NCBI GenBank assembly: GCA_031409355.1
Contig: JANNXB010000407.1
Coordinates: 1 to 38,802 of the forward strand
Direction of reading: 5' to 3'
DNA: 38,802 nt
From: Betaproteobacteria bacterium
Lineage (GTDB): Bacteria; Pseudomonadota; Gammaproteobacteria; Burkholderiales; SG8-39
The translations under genes were made by a program, and so were the position numbers. Position 1 is the stretch's first letter; every line of letters starts with the position of its first letter. The notes under the pieces are model-generated. The model made no database searches and was not told the DNA's origin. It was given only the letters and a program-made list of their open reading frames with translations. Shown in pieces: positions 36,727 to 38,802 of the stretch.

Positions 36727-37796
36727 CACTTCGGTCCGCCGTAAAGCGGGCCGGCGAGGTAGGCGCTCTGCACGTGGCGCAGCGCGACCAGCAGCGCCGC
36801 GCTCGCGGGCAGCGCGAGCAGCACGCCGAAAAAGCCGAACACCTGGCCGAAGGCGAGCAGCGCGAAGATCACCGCCACCGGGTGCAGGCCGATGCGCTCG
36901 CCCACCAGCAGCGGGGTCACGACCATGCCTTCCAGCGCCTGGCCGATGGCGAAGGCGAGCGCCACCCAGGCGACGCCGGCCAGGGTGCCGAACTGCATCG
37001 CCGCGGCGATGATGCCGAGCAGGATGCCGGTGAACGAGCCGACATACGGGATGATCACCAGCAGGCCCGTGATCACGCCGATCGGCAGGGCGAACTCCAG
37101 GCCCGTCGCCCAGAGCGCGGTGGAGTAGAACACGCTCATCACCAGCATCACGATCATCTGCCCCCGCAGGAACTCCGCCAGCACGGCGTCGATCTCGGCC
37201 AGGATGCCGCGCGCCCGCTTGTGCAGGTGGCGCGGGATCATCGCGTCCACGCGCGTCACCAGGCGGTTCCAGTCGCGCAGCAGGAAGAACAGCACCACCG
37301 GGATCAGCAGCACATTGACGGCGAAGGCGAGCAGCGCCAGGCCGCCGATCTTGAGCGAGCCGAGCACTCCCGCCAACAGGTCCTGGTTGCCGGCGAGGAA
37401 GCCGCCCGCCATCTGCTTGACGGTTTCGATGTCGACCTTGAAATCGATCGCGAACTTTTCCTTCAGCCAGGGCGCGAGCGTCTGGTTTAGCCAGGCGAGG
37501 AAGGCCGGCAGCTGCTCCGACATCATCCTGAATTCCTTGACCAGCAGCGGCAGGATCACCAGCGCGAGTGCCACCACCACCGCGAGCACGAGGAGCAGCA
37601 CCAGCACCACCGCCACCACGCGCGGCAGGTAGCGGCCGGTGAGCCGGCCCACCAGCGGGTTCAGGACATAGGCGAGGATCGCGCCGGCCAGGAACGGCGC
37701 GAGGATGGGCGACAGCACGTAGAGCAGGCTGCCGATCACCAGAGCGATCGCCAGCCAGGCCCATAAACGCGGGTCGGCGAGAAGCGGTGCCTTCAT
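36726..37796 (-). CDS. AI-2E family transporter (PerM/UPF0118-type permease)
   Basis: 356 aa with about 8 hydrophobic helices and the typical PerM-like layout. The conserved purM / permease / hda neighbourhood supports the call. Confidence 0.85.
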   Translation of the reverse strand: MKAPLLADPRLWAWLAIALVIGSLLYVLSPILAPFLAGAILAYVLNPLVGRLTGRYLPRVVAVVLVLLLVLAVVVALALVILPLLVKEFRMMSEQLPAFLAWLNQTLAPWLKEKFAIDFKVDIETVKQMAGGFLAGNQDLLAGVLGSLKIGGLALLAFAVNVLLIPVVLFFLLRDWNRLVTRVDAMIPRHLHKRARGILAEIDAVLAEFLRGQMIVMLVMSVFYSTALWATGLEFALPIGVITGLLVIIPYVGSFTGILLGIIAAAMQFGTLAGVAWVALAFAIGQALEGMVVTPLLVGERIGLHPVAVIFALLAFGQVFGFFGVLLALPASAALLVALRHVQSAYLAGPLYGGPK

Positions 37797-37835
37797 TTCA
37801 CGTAAAATTGCTGGAAAGACATCATTTTACCCGCC

Positions 37836-38802
37836 ATGTCGGAACCCCTCTCTTACCGTGACGCCGGCGTGGACATTGACGCGGGCGACGCGCTGGTCGA
37901 AGCCATCAAGCCGTTCGCCAAGCGCACCATGCGCCCGGAGGTGCTGGCGGGCCTGGGCGGCTTCGGCGCGCTGTGCGCCATCCCGCAGAAATACAAGGAA
38001 CCGATCCTGGTATCCGGCACCGACGGCGTCGGCACTAAGCTGAAGCTCGCCTTCCTGCTCGGCCGGCACGGCACCGTCGGCATCGACCTGGTCGCGATGA
38101 GCGTCAACGACATCCTCGTGCAGGGCGCCGAGCCCTTGTTCTTCCTCGACTATTTCGCCTGCGGCAAGCTGGACACGGCCGTGGCCACCAACGTCATCCG
38201 CGGCATCGCCAAGGGCTGCGAAGAGGCCGGCTGTGCCTTGATCGGCGGCGAAACCGCCGAAATGCCCGGCATGTACCCCGAAGGCGAATACGACCTGGCC
38301 GGCTTCTGCGTCGGCGTGGTGGAGAAGGAAAAAATCATCAACGGCAGCACTATCCAGCCCGGCGACGTGCTGCTCGGCCTGGCCTCCAGCGGCGCGCATT
38401 CCAACGGCTACTCGCTGATCCGCCGCATCCTCGGCGCGGACAAGCCCAACTCCGGCATTGCCGATAGCCTCATGGAGCCGACCCGGATCTACGTCAAACC
38501 GATCCTCAAGCTGCTGGTCGCCGTGAAGGTGAAAGGTCTCGCCCACATCACCGGCGGCGGCCTGGTCGGCAACGTGCCCCGCATGCTGCCGGAGGGCATG
38601 CGCGCCGTGCTGCGCAAGAAAATGTGGCCGCGGCCCGAACTGTTCAGCTGGCTGCAGAAAAACGGCAACGTCGCCGAAGACGAAATGCACCGCGTCTTCA
38701 ATTGCGGCATCGGCATGGTGATCTGCGTCGCGCGCGACCAGGTCGCCGCCGCCACCATGCTCCTCAAGCGCGAAGGCGAACTCGCCTACGAGATCGGCTT
38801 CG
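37836..38802 (+). CDS. purM: Phosphoribosylformylglycinamidine cyclo-ligase (AIR synthetase); 3' end lies outside the window
   Basis: Absent from the ORF track because there is no stop in the window. My translation from ATG 37836 gives [31 protein letters not shown]..., [30 protein letters not shown]. Open to nt 38802. Confidence 0.93.
   Translation, partial: MSEPLSYRDAGVDIDAGDALVEAIKPFAKRTMRPEVLAGLGGFGALCAIPQKYKEPILVSGTDGVGTKLKLAFLLGRHGTVGIDLVAMSVNDILVQGAEPLFFLDYFACGKLDTAVATNVIRGIAKGCEEAGCALIGGETAEMPGMYPEGEYDLAGFCVGVVEKEKIINGSTIQPGDVLLGLASSGAHSNGYSLIRRILGADKPNSGIADSLMEPTRIYVKPILKLLVAVKVKGLAHITGGGLVGNVPRMLPEGMRAVLRKKMWPRPELFSWLQKNGNVAEDEMHRVFNCGIGMVICVARDQVAAATMLLKREGELAYEIGF

Noticed and set aside
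36727-37764. Upstream two-thirds of the 543-aa ORF 36133-37764
   Set aside because: It is an out-of-frame overlap with the clearly membrane-protein-like AI-2E transporter gene and has Arg/Gly/Pro-rich high-GC artefact composition. Only the last 197 codons (Hda) look real.

Overview
This is a visibly GC-rich chromosomal segment whose housekeeping gene order looks betaproteobacterial: nadE, corA, mnmA, purB, secDF-yajC-tgt-queA next to tRNA-Leu, dNK-folK-pcnB-HAD-hda-perM, purM, plus two Bug/TctC binding proteins. I call 37 protein-coding genes. Two are cut by the window edges (the M24 hydrolase at nt 1 and purM at nt 38802). One, secF, is split by an apparent 1-nt frameshift. I also call one tRNA-Leu(CAA), one very strong convergent-gene hairpin and one short tandem duplication. 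I saw no rRNA, CRISPR array, transposase or integrase. Three accessory modules sit among the core genes. (1) 24.8-33.0 kb holds a DSF-type (rpf) fatty-acid quorum-sensing cluster: a cytoplasmic multi-PAS kinase, RpfG-like REC-HD-GYP, RpfC-like hybrid kinase, and a convergent RpfF-like crotonase. An unexpected heme-oxygenase-like/di-iron-oxidase-like gene is wedged between rpfC and rpfF, and this is my best candidate for something undescribed. (2) 16.0-19.3 kb holds a cAMP module: a REC-regulated class III cyclase, a Hanks Ser/Thr kinase fused to a cNMP-binding domain, and a stand-alone cNMP-binding protein. (3) 7.6-8.2 kb holds a tiny overlapping two-gene, toxin-antitoxin-like pair. All functional calls rest on motifs, domain order and synteny recognised by eye. 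No database search was run, and start codons (several TTG/GTG) are provisional. Most long ORFs in the six-frame track that lie antisense to or out of frame with these genes are high-GC artefacts.
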